From positions 1 through 64,000 of IMG/VR virus record IMGVR_UViG_3300033984_000205: DNA of 64,000 bases. The stretch is one strand, 5' to 3'. Below the pieces are notes generated by a model. The model was not told the DNA's origin. It saw only the letters and a list, made by a program, of their open reading frames with translations, and made no database searches. Origin of the DNA: a virus. A program made the position numbers and the translations under genes. How positions within the stretch are numbered: the stretch's first letter is position 1; every line of letters begins with the position of its first letter. Positions 18,469 through 28,300 of this stretch are shown in pieces.

Positions 18469-19077
18469 ATGAGTAAAATTCAATCAATTCTTGAATATCA
18501 AGAATTAGCAGTTAGAACCTGCACAGACTTAGGTCATCAAAGTACAAATGAAAGACACATGAATTTAGGTGTTATTACAGAAATTGGTGAAACTCTTGAC
18601 ATTTTCAAGAAAAACATGGCTTACAATAAGCCTATGGATTTAGTAAATTTAGGAGAAGAGTTAGCTGACATTGTTTGGTATATTGTAAACAAATGTGCTC
18701 TTGAAAACCTGCCTTTAGATGACAATTATCAAGAAGTTTTAGATCAAACAGCAGAATTGTTAGAAACTAAAATGTTTACTGTACCTGATTTAGCTGTAGA
18801 ACTTAAAACAGAAGCAATCTTAGTTTTAATATTAAATGCTTATTGTGCACCAGTAAACAATATTTTCAGTGCTCCTATTGTTCAAATAGCTTTCTTAAAC
18901 CATATTGCTAGTTGGTTTGATTTAGACTTTGGAGACTGTCTTAGTAACAATATTGACAAACTAAGAGTAAGATACCCTGAAAAGTTTACTGAAGAAAATG
19001 CTATAGAGAGAAATCTTAAAGCAGAAAGAGTAGAGTTGGAAAAAACTCCTAGTAAACCTAAAAGAAAAAGAAAGTAA
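18469..19077 (+). CDS. MazG-like nucleotide pyrophosphohydrolase
   Basis: LGVITEIGETLDIFKK...EELADIVWY and C-terminal NIDKLRVRYPEKF. Confidence 0.85.
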   Translation: MSKIQSILEYQELAVRTCTDLGHQSTNERHMNLGVITEIGETLDIFKKNMAYNKPMDLVNLGEELADIVWYIVNKCALENLPLDDNYQEVLDQTAELLETKMFTVPDLAVELKTEAILVLILNAYCAPVNNIFSAPIVQIAFLNHIASWFDLDFGDCLSNNIDKLRVRYPEKFTEENAIERNLKAERVELEKTPSKPKRKRK

Positions 19078-19083
19078 TTAACC

Positions 19084-19121
19084 AAAATGTCAAGTTTTTT
19101 ACACAGAAAACTTGACATTTT
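19084..19121. repeat. perfect 15-bp inverted repeat (terminator or operator)
   Basis: AAAATGTCAAGTTTT-ttacacag-AAAACTTGACATTTT, intergenic. Confidence 0.85.
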
Positions 19122-19135
19122 TAATATTTTGTATC

Positions 19136-19894
19136 ATGAATAAACTGTACACACAAGAATTACAAGAAGGTTGGAACAAATTTAAAATTATTCTTATAGC
19201 CTTAGGAGTTATAACAATAGTTGTTCTTTTAACAAAAGGTTGTAATGCACAACATCAGTTAGCTTCAAATGAAGTTATGAATGAAGCATTAAAAGATAGT
19301 CTAAAGACTTGGAAAGACAAAGAAGGGCTTTATGTTGCTAACATAACCCTTCTTCAACATGAGAATGTAGATTACTTTACTAAATGGACTACTGCTGATA
19401 GTACTGTTATTGTATTACAAGAACTTGTAATAAAGTATAAGGATAAGATTAGAAAAGGAGGCAGTGCCACAGTCATTAAAACTGATGCAAATATCAATAT
19501 TGTAGCTCCTAGTAAAGTCTCTGGTTTTGTTACAGTTCATGATACAGTTTATGCTAATTACAAATCTGATTTTAATATTAAAAATTGGGTTTGGGGAACA
19601 GTAGCTGCTAGTAAAGATAGTACTAAAGTTAATGTAAAGTTTAAAGAACAAATTGATGTAGTAATAGGAACTGAAAAAACAGGTTTCTTAGGTTTAGGAA
19701 AAGGAAAACCTTTTGCTGAAGTAACTCTTCATAATCCTTTCAATACAGTAAGTACTCTTAGAGCTTATAGTACTAAGCCTGTAATTAATAAAAAGTTTGG
19801 AATTGGACCTGTAGCTGCTTATGGTGTAGGACCAGGTTTTACTCCAGGAGTTTTTATAGGAGTAGGAGTTAATTGGAACATCCTTAAGTTTTAA
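19136..19894 (+). CDS. membrane-anchored protein, possible spanin-like or lysis accessory protein
   Basis: N-terminal TM helix with following Cys (LLTKGC), coiled-coil, C-terminal beta strands ending in Phe (GVGVNWNILKF); start probably ATG 19136. Confidence 0.5.
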   Translation: MNKLYTQELQEGWNKFKIILIALGVITIVVLLTKGCNAQHQLASNEVMNEALKDSLKTWKDKEGLYVANITLLQHENVDYFTKWTTADSTVIVLQELVIKYKDKIRKGGSATVIKTDANINIVAPSKVSGFVTVHDTVYANYKSDFNIKNWVWGTVAASKDSTKVNVKFKEQIDVVIGTEKTGFLGLGKGKPFAEVTLHNPFNTVSTLRAYSTKPVINKKFGIGPVAAYGVGPGFTPGVFIGVGVNWNILKF

Positions 19895-19899
19895 TACAA

Positions 19900-20046
19900 A
19901 TGGTAGAAAAGGAAAATCCAAGTTGGAAAGTTAAAAAACAACTTATTATAGATAAGATGAATGAAGGTCAAGAATTAGATGTGCCTTTATATACTTGGAA
20001 AACAATTCCTTACAGCCTTAAACACTTTTGGTATAATTTATTATAA
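19900..20046 (+). CDS. small hypothetical protein (48 aa, not in the ORF track)
   Basis: MVEKENPSWKVKKQLIIDK...HFWYNLL fills the gap between flanking genes. Confidence 0.5.
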   Translation: MVEKENPSWKVKKQLIIDKMNEGQELDVPLYTWKTIPYSLKHFWYNLL

Positions 20047-20047
20047 A

Positions 20048-20377
20048 ATGGAAAAAGAAAATATATTAGAGTTACCTGTTTTTCCCAAATACTTGGTAGA
20101 AACTTTTGGTAATGTATTTAGATACTCTAGTGCAGTATATGTGCACTATGATAAAGAAAAGTGTGTAGAAGTGTTACTACAACCTGTAGTAAACCAACAT
20201 GTAAAGTGTAAAGGAATAACTAAACAAATGTTCATAGAACACCATTTAAAAGGTTGTCTTATGGTTTCTAAATATGCATTAATTACTCCTGAATATAGAA
20301 AAGAATTACCATGTATAGACACTATATTTAAAGACAATAGAGATTTCTTAAATATATTACACCATACATATCCATAA
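20048..20377 (+). CDS. hypothetical protein
   Basis: Last gene of the + arm; start set to ATG 20048 (MEKENILE). Confidence 0.6.
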   Translation: MEKENILELPVFPKYLVETFGNVFRYSSAVYVHYDKEKCVEVLLQPVVNQHVKCKGITKQMFIEHHLKGCLMVSKYALITPEYRKELPCIDTIFKDNRDFLNILHHTYP

Positions 20378-20413
20378 AGTTGAGGCCCCTAAAGGCCTCA
20401 CTTTATTTTTTTT
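20376..20413. terminator. terminator at the convergence of the two genome arms, likely bidirectional
   Basis: TGAGGCC-cctaaa-GGCCTCA (20381-20400) extended by AAAG/CTTT pairing, followed by a T tract. Confidence 0.8.
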
Positions 20414-20419
20414 AGTTAA

Positions 20420-23400
20420 TTATTCTTCTTCTTGAGGAACTGGCTCTCCTGTTAATTCAGGAACTCCAGGATTTCTTTTCTGTTTTTCATTGTAATCTTC
20501 TCTCTCAGGATTAGGAATTAAATTTAAAGCTTCTTCTTTAGCTAGAGTTTTTCTTTCCTCTTCAGACATATCTCTAATGTCTTCATCTGTAGATTTTTCA
20601 TAATCTTTAACAAGTTGTAATCTCATTTCTTTTCTTGCTTTTTCAGCAGTAGTCTTATCTTTTTTATAGTCAGAATCAAACATACCATCCATATACTCAT
20701 CTTTATCCCATTCTGTTTCCATAGAAGACTCTAATCCTCCTCTCCAAGTATCTTGACCAATACCTCTAATGAAAGCAGGTAAGAATTCTTTTCTAAGAGT
20801 GTTTCCTAATTTAGATTGTCCTTCTCTAACTCCTTTAGATATTTCATCTTTTCCTGAAGTTGATTGCATTAAAGCAGTACAAATTTTTACTATTTTATCC
20901 ATACTATTTTGAAGACCATTTCTACTACCCAGAGTACTAGCTATAGCATAAGGGTCCATAGCTAAAGCTATCTCTTGATACATACCTGTAACTTGATTTT
21001 CTATAAAATTTTGCTTTTGTTTGTTTTCTTCTCTGTCTTTTTTTCTTTGTTCCCAAGCTGCAATTTCATCTTCATCTTCAGGTTTAGGTTCATCTTCATC
21101 ATTGTCTTGAAATAGAGCTTGAATAGCAATTTTAACTAATATAAAAGCTGCTGTAGTCTGCATATTTCTAGCCATTAATCTTACATCTTTAATCTCTTGA
21201 GGAGTTAAGTCAGCTTTATCACTAAAAGTAGGTTGTTTTACTAATTGTCTTCCTGTAGCAACATTAGCTATTTCTGCAGGAGTATAAGCTAAACTTTTAA
21301 GTACAAAAAGAGCTTGTTCTTTAATATTAATTACATCTGTAGGATCTACAATAGGGCCCTGACCCTTAGCTTTTTTATACATTGCTAAGCCTGCTGCTAT
21401 AGAACCTGCAGTTAAAAAACCTGCAACAAGTATAGGAGAAGAAGCAGCCATACCCATTATTCCTGTGGCTCCTAACATAAGTCCTCCTGCAACAGAAGTT
21501 TTCTTATTTAAGAATGTAGATAATAAATAACCTGTTTCAGTTTGTCCTGTTCTAATATTTTTTTGTTCATATCTATATCTAGAAGATATAAATCTAGGAA
21601 GCCAAGTCTTAAATACCATAAAAGGTTTAGTATAAATACTTCCTTTTATTCTAGTTATACCAGTTTTACTGTAATCTCCAGCAAGACTTTTAGTCATGTT
21701 ATCAACATCTGTTTTCCATGTTACCATATCTTCAGTGTCCATCTCTTCAAACTCAGCAATATTTTCAGGAGTTCTAAACTCTTCTTTTAATCTAAGTTTT
21801 CCTCCTGTAGTATCAGGGTCTTCATATACATTAAATGCTCCCCCATCAAATAAAGGTTCTTGGTTACCATTTTTATCTGTAACCATTTTATCCATAGCCA
21901 TAGCTAAGATACCTGAAGTCTGATTATAATATTCTACTACTTGAGTTCCATACATAGCAGAAAACCACCTAGCTCTTTTTTGTAATTTACTTTGAGCTTT
22001 TTGCAACTCATTAGTACCATCTTGTAATCTACCTAATTGTTTAATAAATAGTTCACTTTTATGCCACTCTTTTGCATAGTTAGGGTTAATAAATCTAAGC
22101 TTGTTTAAGCCAACAAAATGATTTACTGGATAAATATTACCACTACTCCAGAATTCTCCATCTCTGGATAGCAGAGCAAAGAATCCTTGAGTTCTGTTTC
22201 TAAAGTTAGCAAGAAAGTTATACCCTAATCCTACTTTTACAGTTAATTGGTTTACAACATTATCAAAAATAGCCCCAAACATATAATCTTTACCTAATAG
22301 TCTTAACCTTTGTTCAAGATCTTGTTTCTCAGAGTAAAGTTCTTCTGACTTATTAGGGTTAGTATTATTAGCAATTTCTGTTTCTAATTTTGCTAATCTT
22401 TTTATAGCAGAGTTATATATTATTTTTTCTTCTCTAGTAAAGTTTTTATAAAAGTGCTGCCCTAAAAGAGCAACATTAAAATCAGCTTTTCCAAAAGCTT
22501 TAATTAGAGCATCACTGACATTTCCTCCTAAATCTTTTTGATTTTTATTTAGAATAACTTTCTCATTAAAAAACTCTTGTCTTTCTACTTCACTTTTTCT
22601 AGTTTGTCCTTTTTTATTAAATACAGAATCTTTTTCATTTTTTATGACATTACTTTTTGCCATATATACACTCATTTCATTTTTAGCTTCTGTTCTAGCT
22701 TTGTGTTCTGCAGAGATCTCTAATAAAGCTTTAATAAGTACAGGTAAATTTAAAGTCTGAGATTGCATTACTCTTTTTTCAGAAAAAACTTTTAATTCTC
22801 CTACTTTAAAAGTGTCTTTACCTAGTTCAGTAGTAAAATCTTGAACAGTATCAACTCCTATAGAATCTAAAAAAGCTTTTTGTTGTAATGGAGGTAAACT
22901 AGAAAGAGTAATTTGAGTTTTATCAGTAATCTGATTCCCCATTATATTAGCAATTTCTGTTTTTACAATGTCAAAATCTTTTTTTATTTGATTTCCTACA
23001 GTTTTAATTTCTCCAGCTAAAACAACATCATTACTTTGATTATTATAGTTAGGTTTTTTAGCACTTATGACACTTTTGATAAACTTTTTTAAATTAATAA
23101 GATTACCTAATCCTCTTTTTACTATAGAAAAAATACTTTTGTCTACTAGTTCTTCAGCAAGTTGTTTTTCCATATAAAATATGGTATTAGCACTTACTTT
23201 TAAATCAGAATCTATAAGGTTTTCTGCAATAGCTCTTGACCCTGCTTTCATTGCACTCCAAAGATTTTTAAGAGCAGGATTTTTATCTATTACATCAAAA
23301 TCTTTATCATAAAAGTCAGTGTCTACTCCTGCTTTAGATACTGCCCTTGGCATTACAGTATTATATTTTAAGAAAGAAGGTTTCTCATTAGATTGAGTTC

Positions 23401-25351
23401 CTATTTTAAACTCAATTAAATTGTTTCCGTTACTTTGATGAGCTTTAAGAAACTCTAAAGGGTTTAATCTTTTATCAGTAATTTCTAAATTAGTCTTTGC
23501 AGCATCAGACAGATTATTATAATTACTTACATTTTCTTCTGCCATTTTAAAGTTTGTGAGAATTTTCATTTCCTCCATGTAATTGTCAAGAAAGTTTCTT
23601 TGTTGTTCAATTATATGATTGTATTCATCTTCTCCTATCTTAGAAAGAATAGAGTCTTTATATGCTTGTGCTGCAGCTGTATCAGGATTTTTAAATTGAT
23701 TATAACTAGGCCCTGTAAAAATATCATGCAACAAGGTAAAATCAATAAACTCAGAAGTATTATCTAAATTTTCATATTTTTCTGTTAAGAGTCTTTCTAC
23801 TTCTGCCCAATTTTTGTTTTCTCTAGCTTCAAAAATTGCTTTTTTAGATTTTTGAACTATGCCAGTTAAAGTAGTATTCCATTTTCTAGAAAACTTCCCA
23901 ACCATGTTAGGTTTAGTGTTACCATTCTCATCTTTTTGATAAAACATACTGTAATCATAGCCTGAATAAACAATTCTTCCTGCTTTAGCTATTATTTTTT
24001 TACCTAGTTTTTGTAGTTCTTTTTCAGCTTCTTCTATAACTGCATCAATATCAGCTATAATTTTTTGAGATTTAGCTGACTCTCTAATAGAAGCTTTTTC
24101 ATATTCTAGTACCATTAAGTCATCTAAAATATTATTCTTGCTTGAAACATTTTGACCTAATCCAAAAAACATAGATTCTCCCCAAGTAATATCTTGAAGA
24201 TTTTTTAGAAGTTCATTTTTAATTCCTTCCATATCTACTATTCTTTCTCCTGTATTAGAGTCTATAGTAACATGTTCAGGGTATAAAGAAGCTAAATTAG
24301 GAGCTTGTTTTTCTAATAAGTCCATAAAAATATTATCTAAAGCTCTATCTATTTTATCTCTAGTATCATTTATTTGACTTGCAACATTATCTATTACTTT
24401 TTTTACATCAGGCTCATAATAAGTATCACTCTTAGGAGTAAAAAGAGTGTTTTGTTTATTATCAATGCTTGTATTAGCAGAAGTCTCAATGTATTTAAAA
24501 ACTTCTTTGGCTAAGAAGATATTATCTAGTGTAGGATTAGCAAGAAATTCTTTTATTAAATCAAAATCTCTATTAAAAAAATCTCTCAATAAACTAACCT
24601 TATCTGTACTCTTAGTAAAGTTACTAATTTCTTTTTCAAGACTATCTTTTACTAAATTTAATCTTGAAATTTTAGATGTAGTGTCTGCTTGAGGTTTTAA
24701 TCTTTTTTCATTAGACAACTTTTCAATATTTATTTCAATTTTTTTAAGCAAAGCCTTTTTCTGCTCTAAGTAGTCTTCATAAGTGGGTTGCATTATTCTT
24801 GAAGCTCCTGTACCTCTAACCATACTTATACTTTCATCTATGTCTACTTCTTCAGAGTCTAATGCTTCTTGAACAGTAGGAAAAACATCTCCATTTTCAT
24901 TAACAAAACCTGACTGTGCATTAGTTTCTCTAATTTCTGCAAGAGTTTTTAATTCTTTCTCTTCATTAATTTCTCTTTGCATTTCCATTTGAGTGTTGTA
25001 TTCTCCAATAGAAATTTGATCTTCATAAATACCTAACTCTTTTCTTTTTTTATCAACAGCTTCAAAAGCAGAATCAATAGGAGTAATTCTAATAATAGTT
25101 TCTCTACCTAACTTTGCATTAGCATCTTCATTAGTTACCTTAAGTTCAGTATCAAACAAAGAAGTTAAATTTAGACCATAGTTATCATTGGTAGCTTTTA
25201 AAAGAGCAGCATGATAATCTTCAAACTCAGTTTGTTTATCTAATTTTAATTTTCTTGTATTGGTTTCTCCCTCTTCAAATATAAAAAAACCTTTATTTTT
25301 TATATCTGCAAGAGCATTACTCTTAGATTCTTTAAATTCTAGACATGCCAT
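20420..25351 (-). CDS. large virion cargo / ejection protein (crAss-like)
   Basis: 1643 aa, helical, adjacent to the virion RNAP; Gly/Ala hydrophobic hairpin VAGGLMLGATG...AAGLAMY. Confidence 0.65.
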   Translation of the reverse strand: MACLEFKESKSNALADIKNKGFFIFEEGETNTRKLKLDKQTEFEDYHAALLKATNDNYGLNLTSLFDTELKVTNEDANAKLGRETIIRITPIDSAFEAVDKKRKELGIYEDQISIGEYNTQMEMQREINEEKELKTLAEIRETNAQSGFVNENGDVFPTVQEALDSEEVDIDESISMVRGTGASRIMQPTYEDYLEQKKALLKKIEINIEKLSNEKRLKPQADTTSKISRLNLVKDSLEKEISNFTKSTDKVSLLRDFFNRDFDLIKEFLANPTLDNIFLAKEVFKYIETSANTSIDNKQNTLFTPKSDTYYEPDVKKVIDNVASQINDTRDKIDRALDNIFMDLLEKQAPNLASLYPEHVTIDSNTGERIVDMEGIKNELLKNLQDITWGESMFFGLGQNVSSKNNILDDLMVLEYEKASIRESAKSQKIIADIDAVIEEAEKELQKLGKKIIAKAGRIVYSGYDYSMFYQKDENGNTKPNMVGKFSRKWNTTLTGIVQKSKKAIFEARENKNWAEVERLLTEKYENLDNTSEFIDFTLLHDIFTGPSYNQFKNPDTAAAQAYKDSILSKIGEDEYNHIIEQQRNFLDNYMEEMKILTNFKMAEENVSNYNNLSDAAKTNLEITDKRLNPLEFLKAHQSNGNNLIEFKIGTQSNEKPSFLKYNTVMPRAVSKAGVDTDFYDKDFDVIDKNPALKNLWSAMKAGSRAIAENLIDSDLKVSANTIFYMEKQLAEELVDKSIFSIVKRGLGNLINLKKFIKSVISAKKPNYNNQSNDVVLAGEIKTVGNQIKKDFDIVKTEIANIMGNQITDKTQITLSSLPPLQQKAFLDSIGVDTVQDFTTELGKDTFKVGELKVFSEKRVMQSQTLNLPVLIKALLEISAEHKARTEAKNEMSVYMAKSNVIKNEKDSVFNKKGQTRKSEVERQEFFNEKVILNKNQKDLGGNVSDALIKAFGKADFNVALLGQHFYKNFTREEKIIYNSAIKRLAKLETEIANNTNPNKSEELYSEKQDLEQRLRLLGKDYMFGAIFDNVVNQLTVKVGLGYNFLANFRNRTQGFFALLSRDGEFWSSGNIYPVNHFVGLNKLRFINPNYAKEWHKSELFIKQLGRLQDGTNELQKAQSKLQKRARWFSAMYGTQVVEYYNQTSGILAMAMDKMVTDKNGNQEPLFDGGAFNVYEDPDTTGGKLRLKEEFRTPENIAEFEEMDTEDMVTWKTDVDNMTKSLAGDYSKTGITRIKGSIYTKPFMVFKTWLPRFISSRYRYEQKNIRTGQTETGYLLSTFLNKKTSVAGGLMLGATGIMGMAASSPILVAGFLTAGSIAAGLAMYKKAKGQGPIVDPTDVINIKEQALFVLKSLAYTPAEIANVATGRQLVKQPTFSDKADLTPQEIKDVRLMARNMQTTAAFILVKIAIQALFQDNDEDEPKPEDEDEIAAWEQRKKDREENKQKQNFIENQVTGMYQEIALAMDPYAIASTLGSRNGLQNSMDKIVKICTALMQSTSGKDEISKGVREGQSKLGNTLRKEFLPAFIRGIGQDTWRGGLESSMETEWDKDEYMDGMFDSDYKKDKTTAEKARKEMRLQLVKDYEKSTDEDIRDMSEEERKTLAKEEALNLIPNPEREDYNEKQKRNPGVPELTGEPVPQEEE

Positions 25352-25362
25352 AATTTTCTTTT

Positions 25363-28300
25363 TTAAATTGCTAGGCCTCCTTCACAGGCAGATTTATCTT
25401 CTTTCACAAAGGTATCATTTTTTTCTATAGTTGAAATACTTATATCTTCACTATTTTGGTCTCTAGGATCATTAGCAGGATTACCTAATTCAGTGTTTAC
25501 AGGATTACCATACTGTAGTTTATTGGCTTCTTCTTGTGCTAATATAAGTTGAACATCAGGAGGAATAAGATCTTCAGTGACTACTCTTCTTGCTTTTGAC
25601 TCTTCATTAATAAAATTCATAGAAGCCATGATAGCATCTTTTGCTAAAGTGTTGTCTTTTAAGTCTGGATAAATTGTTTCAACAAGATCCATAAAAAGAG
25701 CTTTAAGGTCTTCCCAAAGATTACTTTCTCCAGCAGTAGAAATTTTACTCATTTCTTGTTGGAAAGTAGGAGAAGTCATTGACACAGTCATAAATTCTCT
25801 GATATTTACTCCAGCATAAATAAGTTCTTTTTCTCTCTCTGTATATCCACCTCCTAAAGATTCTTCTTTAGAGTTTCTTTTAACTTGTAAATCTTTAATT
25901 TCATCTTTATGTAATTCTACAAATTTTCTAAAGACTTTATCTAATTTTTGTACATGAGTAGGTATAGGAATATCAGTTCTTAAGGTAGTTTTATCAGTTT
26001 GATAATAAGTCATAACCTCTTTAGAACTAACTGTATGAATTAATTCATGTATGAAAACTAAAGCAGTTTTATCTGTAGACACTTCTGTAGTATGTTCAGG
26101 ATTAATACTAATATTTCCTTTAAAAGCTTGTCCTGCTGCTGCTAGATTTCTATCTATATTAACTTTTTCATTACCATTTTTTACAATAGGTAGTAACCAC
26201 TTAGCTGCTTCACTTAAATGAGCATACTTAGGTGTTAGTACAGCATCTGCAATACTTTGAGTTAACTCTTTGATAGTAGTAACTCCTTCAACTATTCCAA
26301 AAGGTACACCATTACTACTTTTTGCTTGAGTATCAATTGTTTTAGGAGTGTTATTAATAGTTGTAGAATTCATAGCAGCAACATTACTGTTTCTGTATTC
26401 ATATTCATTAACTCCCTTATTTCCTAAAGTATCAATTTTCTGATACATTCCATTTCCAACATTTTCATATAAAGAATAAGCCTGAGCATCTCCTTTTTTA
26501 TTCTTAATAGATACAAAAGAAGGACTTTTACCAGCTTTGTTTGTATATTTAAACAATCCATTTACTTCTTTATTTCTTTCTTTATAAGAAACTTTAGGAG
26601 CTTTACTTGGATTATGTTGAAAGTATTGTTTTGTAAAAATACTTGGCCCTTGAGAGTTTACTCCAAGAGCTACCCCAAAAATATTAATGTTTGTATTCTT
26701 CTTAGAATTAAATCCTTGAAGCTTTTTATTTGCTTGTACAAAAACTTGTTTTTCAACTACTTCTCCATTTACAAATTCTTTCTGAGTTTCATAAGCACCT
26801 ACAGTTTCTAAATACTCTACAGGAACATATTTTACAAACTCTGTAGCTTTTTGAACTCCTCCTTGTAGAAAAGAATAAGAAACTAAATCTTCAGCTAAAA
26901 GCTTAGTAGAATACGGTTTACCATTTTTAGGAGGTAAAGGTGTGTCCATTAAGATTAATTCAGGAATAGAGTTGTATAACTCTTCTTCATCAAGATTATC
27001 TGTAGCAGCATTGTTATATTTAATAACAGAGAAATCACTTTCTCCTAATGAAGACTCATAGGTAAAACTTCTTACTAATGGATTTTGAGATAACACTCTA
27101 ATTCCTTTAGCAAACTCTGGATTCTTAGCCCCTACAAGATCTTTCATATAAGTAGACAAAGAAGTATTAGTGTCTGTGTCTTTAAATAACTCAAATCTTT
27201 TAGCTCTAGGATCCATTTCAAATACATTATTACCTTGTCTAGAGTAAATATATTTTTTAATGTTTTCTATAATTTCTTCAAAGTTTTCAATAATAACTGC
27301 ATCTGAAACATCTTCTTTACCTTGAATAGCAAGAATTTCTTTTACTGTATCTACAATACTTTGTTCTTGATAAGGAAAGAAATCTTGGTACATAGTATTA
27401 CCTAACCTAAGACCATTAATAACAATTTGACCTTGAGGAGTAGTAGGAGTTACATAGTACTCCCCTAACCATTCACCATCTTGTCTTTCTCCTTGACTTT
27501 TTGTAAACTCTCCAATAAGATTTTCTACCCCTTTAATTGTACCATTATCAGGTAAAGTTTTAAGAGCTTCAAATTTTAATTGAGATTCAATCATAGATTT
27601 ACCTAAAGTATTAGCATTGACAGTTTTTTGAACAGTAGAAAGAACTCTAGCTTCTTTTTCTATTTGAATATAAGTCATGAAAGCATTTAACTGTATGTTA
27701 CTATCTTCTCCACTATACTTAACTCCTTCCAATAGATTTTTACCATTTAATACTTTACCATCAGGTTGAGCAACTTGTCCTGTAGCCATATCTACAAACT
27801 GGTATTTAAGACTGTTGCCTTCTCCTACTTGTTTGTAAGCAATAGTTCCTTCAGATAGTCTATTAACAATTTCTGCAATTACTTCTTCTTGTTTTAAGAA
27901 TTCTCCTAGAATACCTTTACTTGCTTTCTTTTGACTGTTAAATTGTTTAATAACAGGTTGAGATAAAAGCATATAAGATATAGAATTTCCTAACTCATCT
28001 CTATCAAAACCTAATAAAGAGAGGTAAGCATCTACATTAATAGTGTCTTCATTAACACCTACTCTACCTAAGATTTGCTCTTTCTCATTATCTGTAGCTG
28101 TATTTTCTTTTTCAGCAAATACTTCAGCAGTACTTCTTTGATGTCTTTTAGCCCAACTAGAACTATTTGTTGTAGGAGTAAGTGTTTTTTGAATGCCTAA
28201 AGTTCCAGTAGAAATAAAATCTCCAATAGTTGTTACTTTAGGGTCTCCATTTTCATCCATTACAAAGACACTTTTACCTGATACATTTTGTTGAAGTAAC

